From the NCBI GenBank assembly GCA_018398765.1, contig JAHBMJ010000033.1:1-59399 (forward strand): a stretch of 59,399 bases of DNA, in the 5' to 3' direction. A program made the position numbers and the translations under genes. Source of the DNA: Chromera velia (Eukaryota). The notes below the pieces were generated by a model, which was not told the DNA's origin, did not search any database, and was given only the letters and a program-made list of their open reading frames with translations. Positions 46,984-59,399 of the stretch are shown here, one piece after another. The first letter of the stretch is position 1, and every line of letters starts with the position of its first letter.

Positions 46984-49218
46984 TAGGGATAGCTATCATT
47001 ACGGTATCGATATCCTATCATATCGTATCGGTATCAGTATTGAAGTATCGACTATCGGTTCTTTCTCGAACGGCCAAGTATCGGTTAGTATCGGCCTGTT
47101 TAGAGCTTATGAAGAACTAACTGGATTAATATATGGCAAGGCGCATGCCGGGCCGGGCCTCGGTGCTTGAAGACCGGGCGCGGCCTTGCACAGTAACAAC
47201 GTATACCGTCCCTATGTTACGACCTCCCCTTTTTTTATAAATTGGGCGCCTACCTAGCTGTGCCTCACCGGAGTTGACAAGTCTGACAAGTGGCCATGTC
47301 GGTTCGACAAACGGGCTTGCAGGTTCAACGAGTGAGGTTAAAGGTCCGACAACTGAGCTTGAAGGTTTGACAAGCAAGATTGAAGGTTCGACAAGTGAGA
47401 TTTAAGGTTCGACAAGTGAGATTTAAGGTTCGACAACTTAAGAGTCACACACGGAAGTCACTGGTCCGACATATGGAATCGGGGTTCGACATATGGAACC
47501 GAAGTCCGACAAACCAAGTTGCAGATTTCTGGATTCAAATTTCACTTCTTTGAAAGTAGGATCGGGATCGTCAAGATCATGAATTTCATGAAAAGTTGTA
47601 ACCTCGCAAAAATGTTATGCAATCGTTCGACATAAAAAGCCATCTGAGCCAGAGTTCAACAAAAAGATCGACATGTTCTTCCTCTTTCCATGCGTATCTC
47701 TTTTTTCCCTCCTTAATTTTCTTATGTGTTTTATGTATTCCATTTTGTCTTTGGTGTGTTTTGCCATCTCTAAACGGTTGTACAACAAAAAGATCGATAA
47801 GAAGATCGACAAAAAGATCGACTAAACCTGGAGCACACTCTCCAGAGAGTTCGCAAAAATTTTCATATCTTTGCTCATGAAACATACAAAATTTCTTTGC
47901 ACTTCTCTTCTTATGCCCATGCCTGCAGTCCTTTAATGAGCTTACCAACAAGTTCGACAAGCGGGTCGACAAATCGCACTTAGCTATGATTCTTGTTAGG
48001 CCATTTGCATCATGGTCGATCCTGAGCCTTCCTCTTCTGACCCAGCGGCCTATACAACCATCTTGGCTATGCAGATCCCACCACATATAGCAATATTAAC
48101 AACACTCTGTCTAAAAGCAACGACGGGTTTTAGGCTTATGTACCGACAGGTAAACCTGGCCTGATCTAGTACCCAACTCATTATTTGGTCACAGTTTGCA
48201 TATATTTTACAATTTTGCTTTACTCTAGCTGCTTATTACATTGTTATGAGAAACTATATTATTATTTTATTTATGCTCATAATGCAGCTCATTCTATATT
48301 AGTTTATTATTATTTAATTTTTTACAATTTTCCGCAGGATTTCTTGGATGATAGATAAATACCCGTTAACCCTATAAGGCAGCATATATGGGCTGCTGGG
48401 AGCACGGCTCCACTCTAGCAAAGCCAACTTCATTCATTCATTCATTCATTCATATATATTATCTTTTTTTCTAATTTTTTTTTCTCTTCTTTACAAGTTC
48501 ACTCTCTCTTTTTTTTTCTAGGAAATTGAAAGTGTAACACCTAACCGGCTCCATACATGGATAAATGCGGAACCGGCTCCAACGTGCACTGAATTTATCC
48601 TCAGCAGCCAGAACAGCCCGACTTAGCTTCAAGAATCTTTAAGACAAGACTACATGTACACTGCATCCGATCTAACAGAGCTTCATCATTTCTGTTTTCT
48701 GAACAAAACCGCTTCTGGACAATCAAAGTATCATAACAGCCAGAAGGGGAAAAAACAAGCTAAGGTGTGGGCATATTATAAATGTCAGGCGGATAGAAAT
48801 TTCATCTCCTCAGCATGCAGAGTTGCTTGACCTATTGTTGCCTTGTCGCAGTTGGCTCACTAGCCAACATCCAAACAGCTTAAGGACAGGAATCTTAAGA
48901 ATCGTCTTTCCATAGTGTTGTCTCTTCTTTTTGTGCCGTCTTGGAGCTTCAGAGTGACCGGATCGACCAAGATGTCAACATGGGCGAACTGAGATTCGGA
49001 AAGGTCAGTCACGAGTGAGTCACTGTCATTCAGTGACATCCATACTCTGCCATTGAAGCTTGCCACTTTACCATTGATGTTCAACCACTAAACATACCTC
49101 TGATGACCTCATCTTTTGCAAAATCTTGCCACTTGGCGACTCGCTGCTCGTTTTTCGACGTTGACCTAGCTTCCAACAATACTAATTCGATACTGATATG
49201 ATACGATAGCTATCTCTA
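46984..49218. mobile_element. hAT-like TIR element, about 2.2 kb, degraded
   Basis: TIRs TAGGGATAGCTATC / GATAGCTATCTCTA; TSD ATCATTTG / GTCATTTG (7/8 match); TATCG-rich subterminal repeats at both ends. Confidence 0.8.
47270..47520. repeat. 21-bp period array (GGTTCGACAAGTGAGATTTAA-like) inside the hAT-like element
   Basis: GGTTCGAC/GGTCCGAC recurs at about 21-bp spacing. Confidence 0.75.
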
Positions 49219-49774
49219 GTCATTTGTTTATTAAATGTAGTGACCACAAACTCCATGTACATGATTTCTGTATTCGATGTGTTGACGACTTCATGCATAG
49301 ACTTTCTTCATGTGCCAAATGGCTGGATGAAAGGGAATTCCTGTGTACGTTGCCTGGCTGAACTGAAATCCATTGATTCTAATAATTGTAACTGTTTAGG
49401 TAATTGTCTACTCCCCGGTGCAAGTACATCTGAACTTTTCATCCGTGATGTTATCCAATCACTTTTCATCCAATGCTAGATCTGATCGATATTACCTAGG
49501 ATGTTCCCGATAATTATTTCGAATGTGAACATAAATTTAAATTCAAATAGACTAAGCCTAATTCTGCTACCTTCTATATAAGCTAGTTCATTAGTTTAGT
49601 TCTGACCTAGGTTATGACTGACTTACTAATTAAGGACTTATTCAAAAACTAATTGAAAAATATTTTTTTAAAAGAACGGAAAAACCTGGAGGCAGGGGCA
49701 CTGCTTGAATCCGCATGCTATAGATCGTCTCCGATCTTGTGTTGTGAGCCTTTTGCGAACGATCCTAGGCATGG

Positions 49775-49811
<37 letters not shown>

Positions 49812-49924
49812 ATTGATTGATGTCAGACCCTAGGTGGAGTTAGAACTCCCGGACGGCACATACATGTATGGGTCTGTTCAATTATACCAGCTGCAAGCTA
49901 AGTGGACGATAGTTATTCGAACTT

Positions 49925-51719
49925 AATCTAATCAATCATTTATTACAATATGATAAGAAATCATAAAGAAGAGAGAGGGTTGAGAGTGCAAAAGCGATGT
50001 AATAAACTTGCGAACCCTCAGATCAGAAAAGGAGGTGGATACAAAGGGTGAGTCACAATGAGTGAAGCAGTCTGATTGAATTAATGCCAACTACTGCAAA
50101 AAGCCTTGTTCGGCAGTCTATCGGGGACAAACAGAGAACCAATAAATAAAATCATCTACACACCGGTAGCAGGCTTCATAGGTGCACAGCTTTCTATCAG
50201 AGCAACCAACAGGTAGCCCACCTTGCCTGCCCACCGGGTTGTATGCCAGCATGCGCAAAAAAGAAAAGATCGAGCCATCCGTAACCGACAGGGCAGAACA
50301 GGGAAGGGCAGAGATGGAAAGAACACCGGAAGACGACTTGCTACACAGGAGGAAGACAAATATATGGCGAGAGGACGGGAAGTCGCGCTGCAGAAAGGTG
50401 AGTCTAACAAGGAGGGGAAAGTGAGAGGAAGATTGTTCATCATCCTCAGAAGCCTTCATGCATTCCTTTGCAACTGTCTGTCTCACCTTGCCCTTGAAGA
50501 AAAGTAAGCTGGTGCCTTGTGCCCTACAACCATTCTACCCACGTTGAGAAGACAGATCGGGCTCGACCCTCAGCGAGCGGACAGAAATCAAATCAGCCCA
50601 ACGAAGCAGCCTATCTATAGACCTTATGAATTGTTGGCAGCAGTCATTCTTTCAGGCATGCAACATAACTGCAGGAATAGTGTGTATTGTGATGGAAAGA
50701 GAGTGCTACCAGTCAGCTACGCGGGAGCAGAGAAGGGCTTTGCAGGGAAAAAGACCAAAGATGCAAAGAGAGGGCGGGCAGAGGCTACAAGCAGACAAAT
50801 GACCACACCAACGGGCAAACCGAAGCTGCAAAGCATCAAGAGCGAGCAGGTCTGCATCCCGCACTGGCAGACATTCAAGGCAGTAGAGCGCTACGGGGGT
50901 CCAGCAGGCTCTAAAAACTGTTATCTGCGCGTCAATGTTGAGCAGGCCCATGCTCGCAATCAACCTAATTACCCCTCCCAGAGCCCGTGAAGCAGAAGCA
51001 ATACGGGACTCAATTATCTTGTTTAAGTACCCCCCTTCACAGAAAACACACCCCAGATATTTGTATTCGGATGTCCATTCAACTTCCCTCCCACCATACA
51101 TGACTCTACCTGCAGACTGCCCCAGAGCCAAAGCAGACAGACGCAAGATTTTCATTTTCTTTAAATTCACAGTCAATCCCCATTCCTTGCAATACCTTTC
51201 CAAAGCTGAGAACTTCTTTTGCAGATCTAAGACGGAATGAGTAAGGAAATAGAGATCATCCGTATACCCCAGACTGCCTAAGATGCAGTTGTTAAGGAGG
51301 ACAGGTTCGGGCTCTCTCTCAGGCTCCTCGACGCTGCCCTCCCCCATTCTGCTGTCTGACCATCCTGCTCCCTCTGCTTCTCTGTCTACGGCCCCCTCGT
51401 TCTTACTAACTGAACACATACGGGGAAGGTCATTGATATAGATAAAAAAGAGAATGGAAGAGAGAGCATCACCTTGTTTTACCCCAGCGCCCTCCCGAAA
51501 ACGCAAAGAGTCCCCGTCTACCTTTCCCCAGACCTCCCTGTACATTTCACAGATCATACACACATCTGCCTCACACACACCTTCTCTTCTCAGTTTCTGA
51601 ATTAGCTTACTTCTTGGCACAGTGTCGAAGGCTTTGGAGAAATTAACAAAGCGGCTCAAAGCCTGCCAGCAGAGCTTTCTTTTTCTTTTTAGAGGAGAGA
51701 ATAGCAGAGACAAGCGCAC
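49925..51719 (-). mobile_element. 5'-truncated, decayed non-LTR retrotransposon (LINE): RT domain, C-terminal Cys motif and 3' tail
   Basis: ORF 50706-51719 has RT motifs FVNFSKAFDTV, GVKQGDALSSILFFIYINDL, YTDD, VNLKK and YKYLG. Downstream RKLC…C…VDDFIYWFSVCP is a degenerate zinc-knuckle. The 3' end is AATAAA+(TGAT)n at about 49925-49945. Confidence 0.9.
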
Positions 51720-51875
51720 CTACCCCTTCCCTCGTTCCTACCCCTTATCTGAATTTATGACTCTGAAACCTAACTGCCTGACGTCAAGCTCAACTTGAAA
51801 GCGCACACGGCCGTCCATTAGCAAACCAAAAAAGTTTGCGAAAGGGTTGACAACGTGAAGAGGCCTCCATGTGTG

Positions 51876-51906
<31 letters not shown>

Positions 51907-52000
51907 TTCTATATGTATTTTTTGAACGAGAATATAATATATAGATATATTTGAAAATATATTGCCTCCGTATCTCATTTCACTTTAATACTATCCATGC

Positions 52001-52044
<44 letters not shown>

Positions 52045-52238
52045 AACAAGAATATAATATATATATTTATATAGAATCCACGCCTAGGAACGATCTCTCT
52101 ATGGCATAGCCTAGTTGATTTCGTTCGACAAACTCAATCGATCGACTAATTGATACATCAGGAAAGGTCTTGACGCCTAGGCCTGAGGGGTTGGTCTAAA
52201 ACGCTCCATCTGTATGCAGGTGTCTGAGCGACCTCTCG

Positions 52239-52313
52239 ACGGTGCAAGTCGAGGCCCAGCAGTGGACCACGGGACAACCCGGAACATAAATCCTATCCTA
52301 TCCTATCCTATCC
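52239..52313 (+). repeat. Short structured repeat, copy E, with an (ATCCT)n tail
   Basis: acggtgcaagtcgaggcccagcagtggaccacgggacaacccggaacataaatcctatcctatcctatcctatcc. Confidence 0.82.
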
Positions 52314-53121
52314 TTAAAATAAAGTCTGGAGGGCAAAAAAAAAATTTAACAAAAAAAAACTTTAAAACTTTAGTGTCCAACCCTAGGAATTTAAGAGTGG
52401 CACGCCGGTCTAGGGCTCCGGCCCCGAACACAATGTAATCCTGTAATTCTGTGAATATATTCCGAGATATATGTATATAGTGAAAAGCTAGGCGAAAACT
52501 AGGGCGAAACGAAGTTGTTTGAGATGAACCTACGCTAGAACCTACGCCGTCTTGCTTAATTCTCGCAGTCTCTGTCAGTTATCTTCCTCGTCTCTCGTCA
52601 ACTGGACAAACTGAATTCTGCTTCCGCTGTTCTGATCTTCAACAAAAGCGAGGACAACCTGAGAAACGCGCGAAGCGGATACAAACAAACACAGAAGTGA
52701 AATGCAGCATTGAGATATACGTATACAATATCAAATACACAGAGAAATGCGGGCTGACACAGGCACCAACTGAACATACAAAAACCCCCCAAACACGGTC
52801 CGGCCTATGGTGCGACAAGGAGACAAACTACGTGGCCAGAGAGATCTACAACGACAGACATATGATATGTTTCTTCTTCTCCCTCTTTTTCTTCGTGGAC
52901 GCAACAGATAAAAAAAAAGAAAGAACAAAGACAAAAGAACAGAAAAAACCATCAAAAGAGTTAAGCGCCCCTTGTCTCTACACCTCCCGACAGACTTTCA
53001 CGCGATCACTGGGTTCACACGTTAATCCTTTGCTGCTTCCACTCAAGACATACAGATAGACAGACAGACATACTACATGATTTCTGTCCCTCCTCTTCTC
53101 CATGAACACAACAGCTGCCAG

Positions 53122-53168
<47 letters not shown>

Positions 53169-53837
53169 AAGAGAGAGAAAGAGAGAGAGGGAAAGACAGG
53201 CACACAGACAGACGCACGTCAAAAAGACATGTTCCTTCGAGTTCTCGTGTTTCTCTGCGCGCTTTTTTCGTTTTATTCTTCTTTTCACGTGCACAATGGT
53301 CAATAGAAAACAGACAGCCTCAATGATCTACCTACAGACAGACAACACAGAAAGACAGGTAGATAGACAAGAGAGGGGGGGGGGCGGGCGGGCGGGATCG
53401 ATTGTCTGATGTGCTCCGAAAAGAGAGAAAAAAGGAGAAAAACCGCCTGATGGGAGGACCGCACCTTTACTCAGAGAGACAGACAGCGCGAGAGAGAGAG
53501 GGCAAGGGGGAAGGGGGGTGGGAAAAACGAAAGAGAGACGCAAGGAAGAGACAACAACACAGAAGCTAGAAAGAAAGTGAAAACAAATGCGCAAGGAATT
53601 GAAACCTTGCAGAGAGTGGAGGTCAAGTGAGGTCATGGGAGAGTGGACCGAACTGTCAGCCAAAGAACCGGCGCACCAAAACAAAGAGCAGAAGCCGGGG
53701 CGGGGACGAGGAGGACGCGGAACGTCGACAAGTCAGACAGACATTAGCTACACAGTCAGGCAGACAGACACATACAAACAGACAGACAGACTATATGACT
53801 TCTTTTTTAAGACACATAGACTACTTCATTTCTTTTC

Positions 53838-54160
53838 TCTCCTCTTCTTCATGAACACAACAGACAAAAACAGACAGACTGTATCGTTTCTTTCGCTCCT
53901 CTTCTTCATGAACACAACAGACAAAAACAGACAGACTGTATCGTTGCTTTCTCTCCTCTTCTTCATGAACACAACAGACAAAAACAGACAGATTGTATCG
54001 TTGCTTTCGCTCCTCTTCTTCATGAACACAACAGACAAAAACAGACAGACTGCATCGTTGCTTTCGCTCCTCTTCTTCATGAACACAACAGACAAAAACA
54101 GACAGACTGTATCGTTGCTTTCGCTCCTCTTCTTCATGAACACAACTGACAAAAAGAAAG
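53838..54160. repeat. 57-bp tandem repeat, about 6 copies
   Basis: ATGAACACAAC recurs at 53851, 53908, 53965, 54022, 54079 and 54136. Confidence 0.92.
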
Positions 54161-54238
54161 AAAGCAACAAAGACAAAAGAACAGACAGACTATATGTTTC
54201 TTCTTCTCCCTTAGACAGACAGGCAGACAGACACGCGG

Positions 54239-54286
<48 letters not shown>

Positions 54287-54361
54287 AAGGAGAGAGAGAG
54301 AGAGAGGGAGAAGGAGAGAGAGTGGGAGACGGAGAGGGAGAGAGGGAGGGAGGGAGGGAGG

Positions 54362-54485
<124 letters not shown>

Positions 54486-54539
54486 GAGAGAGAGAGAGAA
54501 GGAGGGAGGGAGGGAGAGAGAGAGAGAGAAACACACGCT

Positions 54540-55775
54540 GGTTGTGCTATTCGCGATCTCGCACCAGATCCCTTCATTCAACTCACAACACAGACTCACT
54601 CGTTTCTTTACAGATGCTGCCGTGCGACTCCACTGGACCATTTGCAGAGGGGAGGCCTTCTCTCCTTTGGAGACGTCCAGACAGTGGCACAGAAAGAATC
54701 CGTGCACCAACGACGGGTCACCTGCAGGTGAGAGACATTCATGTGCGACTCGATTAAACAGAAGGAACTCCCGAAGAATCACAGTAAGATGGAAAGGAAA
54801 AGGCGGGGACACTGGTTGTCCCACCAGCAGCACATGCAATAGCAGAGGGGAATGAAACACCTGCGATCGATGTATGTTCGTTTTCTTTCGTCAACCTTCT
54901 CCTGGCCGCGCCTTACATCGGAAGGAAGCACAATGCCCACAGGCTTCCAAAGCTGAAGAATGTTGCGACGAGTGGGTCCCTGTAATTCATGGGCAATCGG
55001 GAAGGACCTGAAGCAATCAAGCGAACCTCCTGAAATCCAGATGGATGCTCAGTTGGAAAGCCTCAAAGGATGCATGCAGGAGAATAAAAAAAGTTTGCAG
55101 GAATTCCCCCTTTTGTAGAGGGAAGCCCGACTTCTCTGCGCTTCCTTCGGCATCTTTATTTGTTATCAAACCCTCCATACACAGGCACATCTGGAATCGC
55201 AAGTCGGCCGACCTTCATACACGACCAGGTCAGCACCGTACTTCAGCCCTTCGAGGCAGGAGAAGCCCAGGCTCTGGAGCTTTCTTACAACAGCCTGACG
55301 CTTGTTTGTCGGTACACTGCTTCTTCCAGGCTCTTCCCTGTCTGCCAGGGGCAGTTTGGCATTCAGTGGGAGACGGTGGAAGGAGGGGAGAACGAAGGGC
55401 GCCCCGAGGTTCTTGTTAGACTGGCATGCAGTCGCCATAGTGCCAGTTCCCTGTGCTACAAGGCTTCCGTCTTCGCTTTCTCTCAAGCGGAGGGCGAGGC
55501 GCCAGTCCCATAGAAGGGCATCCCCCTCTATCTGCCTTTCAACGGACAATCTTTCCATGTCGCTTTCTCTTGTGCTTTTAAGATACGCAGCCAAGACGAC
55601 GGCGTCTCCCTCATGCAGTTTTCCTGTCGCCCTCTCCCTTTTCGTTCAGGGACAACCAACAAAAGTCACAGTCCGTGAAGAGACAACCACGTCTGCTCGT
55701 GCGCAGACAATGAAGGTGTAAACCTTTGCGAGTGTCATCAAGTGGTTTATGGTGGTTTGCGATGGTGCGCTTCAT
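54540..55775 (-). CDS. tRNA-splicing endonuclease catalytic subunit, SEN34-like (spliced; termini approximate)
   Basis: Joining 55213|54721 (GTCGGC donor, CTGCAG acceptor, phase 1) gives GLKYGADLVVYEG|DPSLVHGFFLC…WSRTAASVKK. This is the EndA catalytic Tyr-His-Lys signature, and the GDP..H form is typical of SEN34. Confidence 0.8.
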
Positions 55776-55975
55776 TGCGCTTCTGTCACCGAATCCGAAC
55801 CCTTAATGCGGATGTAGACGGATGATCATCGATGTACTTATATAGACGTAAGGCTCTCCAGGTCGGGACCCAGTGGTCCTTTCTTACATCCTTTCCTAGT
55901 AACTTCCATGGCGGGCCGCGGCAAGAAGTACACTTGCTCCTTGAATCAAGACTAACAGGAAAAAGCGGAACCTTC

Positions 55976-56042
55976 GGACAAACTCGGCTTGATCCGCCCC
56001 TCATATATGGGGACGCGGCATGCATAACAAAAACCTCGATCA
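55976..56042 (-). repeat. Short dispersed repeat, copy 2 (CCCCATATATGAGGGG hairpin family)
   Basis: Reverse complement matches 5379-5444. Confidence 0.75.
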
Positions 56043-57297
56043 ACAGAAGTACAGGGTATTACAGGCTCCTGAGGAGGAGGGCGACTAGGCGTGAGAGATT
56101 AGTTAATTGACGAGACTAGACGAGACAAGTTAATTCAAAAGTGATGATCGAGTTCAAAAAAAAATAATCATCAGTGTGTATGCAAACGATACACATACAA
56201 TGCAAAAAATGATTGAAAAATATTGAAAAATCAAAAGTTTGTTGCTAAAAGAGTAAGAAGTTGTTAGAAATTAACACTACTCTAGAGCAGTCCGTGACTG
56301 TTTATGTCTTTCATTTGTCTTCGTGTGCGGACCAGCCAGTCCGAAGAGTACATGTCCATCTCGAAATGAGTGTGAGATTTCCTGTTAAGGGAACTTGTGC
56401 ATGTTTACCCTGTTTCTCTACTGCTTCCCCACACGAGGCACTGCCAGTTCATGTCTGAATGAAAGTACCAGGATAGAGAGCGTAAGAATAGAAGGAAAGG
56501 ATAGACGAGGGTTTGGCTAGATGGACGAATCGATAAAGTATTGGTGAGTCTGGGAGTGCAACCCAGCGGGAGTGCAGCAAGCAGGGGGTCCTTATTTGCT
56601 GTGCCTTGACCCCGCTCACAGGGCTTCTGCCTTCTCACGTTTCAGAATACCGTTGCTTATGAGTGTATGGTGAAGAAGCAGTGAGTGTTTCAATTTTCAA
56701 AATAAAAAGATAAAACACTAGCCAGGTTTTTCCCTTTTTTTTTTACTTTTTCATATTCTTTTTAATTCCTCCCACTCTCCCTTCTTAAGCATATCGTATA
56801 AAGAGGCAATTGACTTGACATTCAGATTCTTCATGGTATTGGTAGTATTTCCTCAGATGATGTTTTTCCTCATTAACCTAGTAAGGCCTTACAGGGTTTG
56901 ATGTTTATCGTACATCCTTATACCTATAAAGATACTTTTTATCCTTATCAACAAATGGTTAGCAAAGTTCTGGCAATTAGATTGAAGAAACGATCGACAA
57001 AATCATAAATTTAACATAAAATATCATAAAATGACCAGTAGTTCTATAGAATTTTATAATGAAATTCAAAGATATGAATAAAAACTTATCAAAGTAAATA
57101 AACTAAAACACCTAAAAACTTGGTAAACATATTTTTTTTCAAAATGAAATTCATTAAGATTTATTTTTCTCTCGAATTCAAAAACTCAGCTTGCTTAAAG
57201 AACAAAGCTTTGGAATGTGTCATATAATTGTACGTACTTTACAAGTTTTTGAAGCAAAGGGCGGCTTGTCCTATTGTTAAAGTGACTAGAAATCTTA

Positions 57298-59275
57298 TTA
57301 ATAGTCAGGCAGACGGCGCAATGTGACTCTCCTCATGGTTTCTTCTACAAATCGGACAGTCGCCTTCCTTTGCCATGCAGCCACGGGGTCCGACTGGTCA
57401 GCATGATTAGAAGGGGTGGTGGGTAGAAGGTAGAGAGACCCGGAAGAGCTTCCTGACGACTTCGCTGCAGAGGCTTGCGAACGTCGATCGTTCTTCAATA
57501 ACGTGGGGGCGAATCCGACGTGCTTGGCCTGACCCGTGATCGTCTTCCTGCCTGACATGCCAGAGGTCGCAGCTACAGGTTCATCTTCAGCATCAATCTG
57601 GGGGTAGTAAACGCTCAGCCTGTTTGGATTTTCCGCATGGGAAGGGGAAGGGGTGGAGGAAGCAACAGCAGGGTCATTCGCGGGACGAGAGACTGAAGGG
57701 ACTTGCAACGGCTCCTCTACTCCCGATTGGGCCTCGAGATCTTCTGCGTAGGTCTTCGCATGCGTGTCTGGGGGGGGATGGGGCTCTTCGTCTCTTTCAC
57801 CGCTTTCCGAATGTGGAGGGATGGACTCAGGATGGTGTTCCATGCTTGCCCTGTTGGTGTTCTCTTGATGCCATACGTGCAGGTGGGGGATCGTCTTGAA
57901 TGGGTTCCCTCTCCGCATGAAGTGAGAAGCTGCATCCCGAAAAAGCTGCTTCCGGGAGGGCGCAGCGCCTGCGTTCGTGTCGCCATTAAGGTCCGCATCT
58001 CCATCTGGCTGCACCGCGCGGGCTTCCTGCAGCATGCAGCTTTATCGATAGATGAAATGCATCCGCAGAGATCGTGCATTATGTGACCGATACAGAAATC
58101 AGTTGCGTTGCAACACAGGCAGGCGAGTGATGTCGAGTCAGGGCACACACTGCTGACCACAAAATCTAATCTTGCACTTGTTTTGCTTTCGCGCGAGAGA
58201 TCAGATCGCCCGAGAAGGATACACATGAAGGGGTGCTCTTGCCATGTCGACAGCAGACAAGAAGGTAAAAAAATTTAGTCATTCTGTAGCTCTTCATCAT
58301 GAGTCATTCTGTAGCTTTGCGATCACCGTCACAACTGCCGTCAAGGAATCCTGTTTGCAATCTTCGAAGCGCTAGACAGAGAGCTAGCAGAGCAGAGGAA
58401 AGGAAATTCGAAGAAAAATGAGGGCCAGCCAGGCACTGCCAGGAAGAACGGAGAGAGATCAACCAACTGATGGATGAAGCCCGCAAACCGAATAAAAGAT
58501 ACTACATGATCGAAGCGCAGACATGCAGCCCCCCCCACCCACCCACTTGCCCACCTGCCTAACCTTCCACCACACAGAGCAAGAGAGAGAGAGGAAAAGG
58601 GAGTGCCGCTAGAGAGGTAGACGAAGAGACGGAAAAACTGACCGTTGATGAGAGCATGTCCTTCTCGAAAACGGTCGGGAGGGTCACCTCCTCGATGAAT
58701 GGCACCACCGCTCTGCAATCAGGTGCAGATCGAGGCAGATCATGCATGGGTCCATATCTATATACGTAGGAGAAGAAAATGAAGGTGTGTGTCAACATAC
58801 GACTAAAAATACTTTTTTGCTTCCCCGCCTTTTCCATATGACTCTCTCTGTTCCCTCACCTGTTTCGCTTTGTCTGAGCTTCTCTCTGCCCCCCAAACTC
58901 TTCCGAACAGTCTTCTGTCAACGAAAAGAGGACAGCTAGCCGCTGCTTGCTCTACACCCTTGCATGCCCTCGATTTCCAACCACGCGCATAGGTATGGCT
59001 GCACTTCGATCGAATCAGATATGCCTAGTTGATGATGCAGAGCAGCTCTTCAGGAGAGAGAATTCCGATGGTCAAATGCAGGACAGGACTGCGACAGTGC
59101 TCGAAAGACGATAAGAAAAAAGAACGCCTAGCGCTGGGGGGCGAATTCCAATCCAGCAAACCCACCTGCTGGCACAGAAAGCAGACGCCGCATAGATTCC
59201 CCCTGTGGTTAAGCGGAGCATCACCCACAGCCAGAAGGACCACACTTTCTTGGATGTGGAAATTGAAGGTTCAAT
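57298..59275 (-). CDS. 3' exons of an unknown protein entering from the right edge
   Basis: 245-aa disordered terminal ORF at 57298-58035, with probable upstream exons at about 58620-58712 and 59166-59275 bounded by GCAG/GT signals. Confidence 0.5.
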
Positions 59276-59332
59276 CTGCGTACATGAATGAGAACAGGAT
59301 GAGCAATGCCGCTCTTTTCTTTTCTTTTTCGG

Positions 59333-59399
<67 letters not shown>

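Noticed and set aside
53838..54160. CRISPR-like array (also considered for 32499-32780 and 47270-47520)
   Set aside because: Units are contiguous tandem copies without unique spacers, there are no cas genes, and the context is eukaryotic.

Overview
This is eukaryotic nuclear DNA with an intron-rich, microsatellite-laden style: (CA)n, (GA)n and (GACA)n tracts, GT-AG introns, many TGCATGCA motifs and three N-gaps. The style suggests a chromerid/alveolate such as Chromera (inference). GC-rich genes alternate with AT-rich islands of decayed transposons. Supported genes: tRNA-Ile(AAU); the 5' exons of a PPIL6-like cyclophilin; a large multi-exon low-complexity RRM protein; an intronless NatB catalytic subunit (NAA20); a GBP/atlastin-family GTPase with an apparent signal peptide and C-terminal TM segments; a tRNA-splicing endonuclease catalytic subunit (SEN34-like); and several unknown spliced genes. 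Mobile DNA: three hAT-like TIR elements with 8-bp TSDs, a TA-flanked MITE, a 5'-truncated LINE relic, and several short dispersed repeat families. The best leads are (i) a five-copy short structured repeat with a conserved stem-loop and variable microsatellite tails, (ii) the signal-peptide GBP that lacks the P-loop arginine, and (iii) signs of repeat-targeted C-to-T (RIP-like) mutation. Most short ORFs in the track are microsatellite artefacts.
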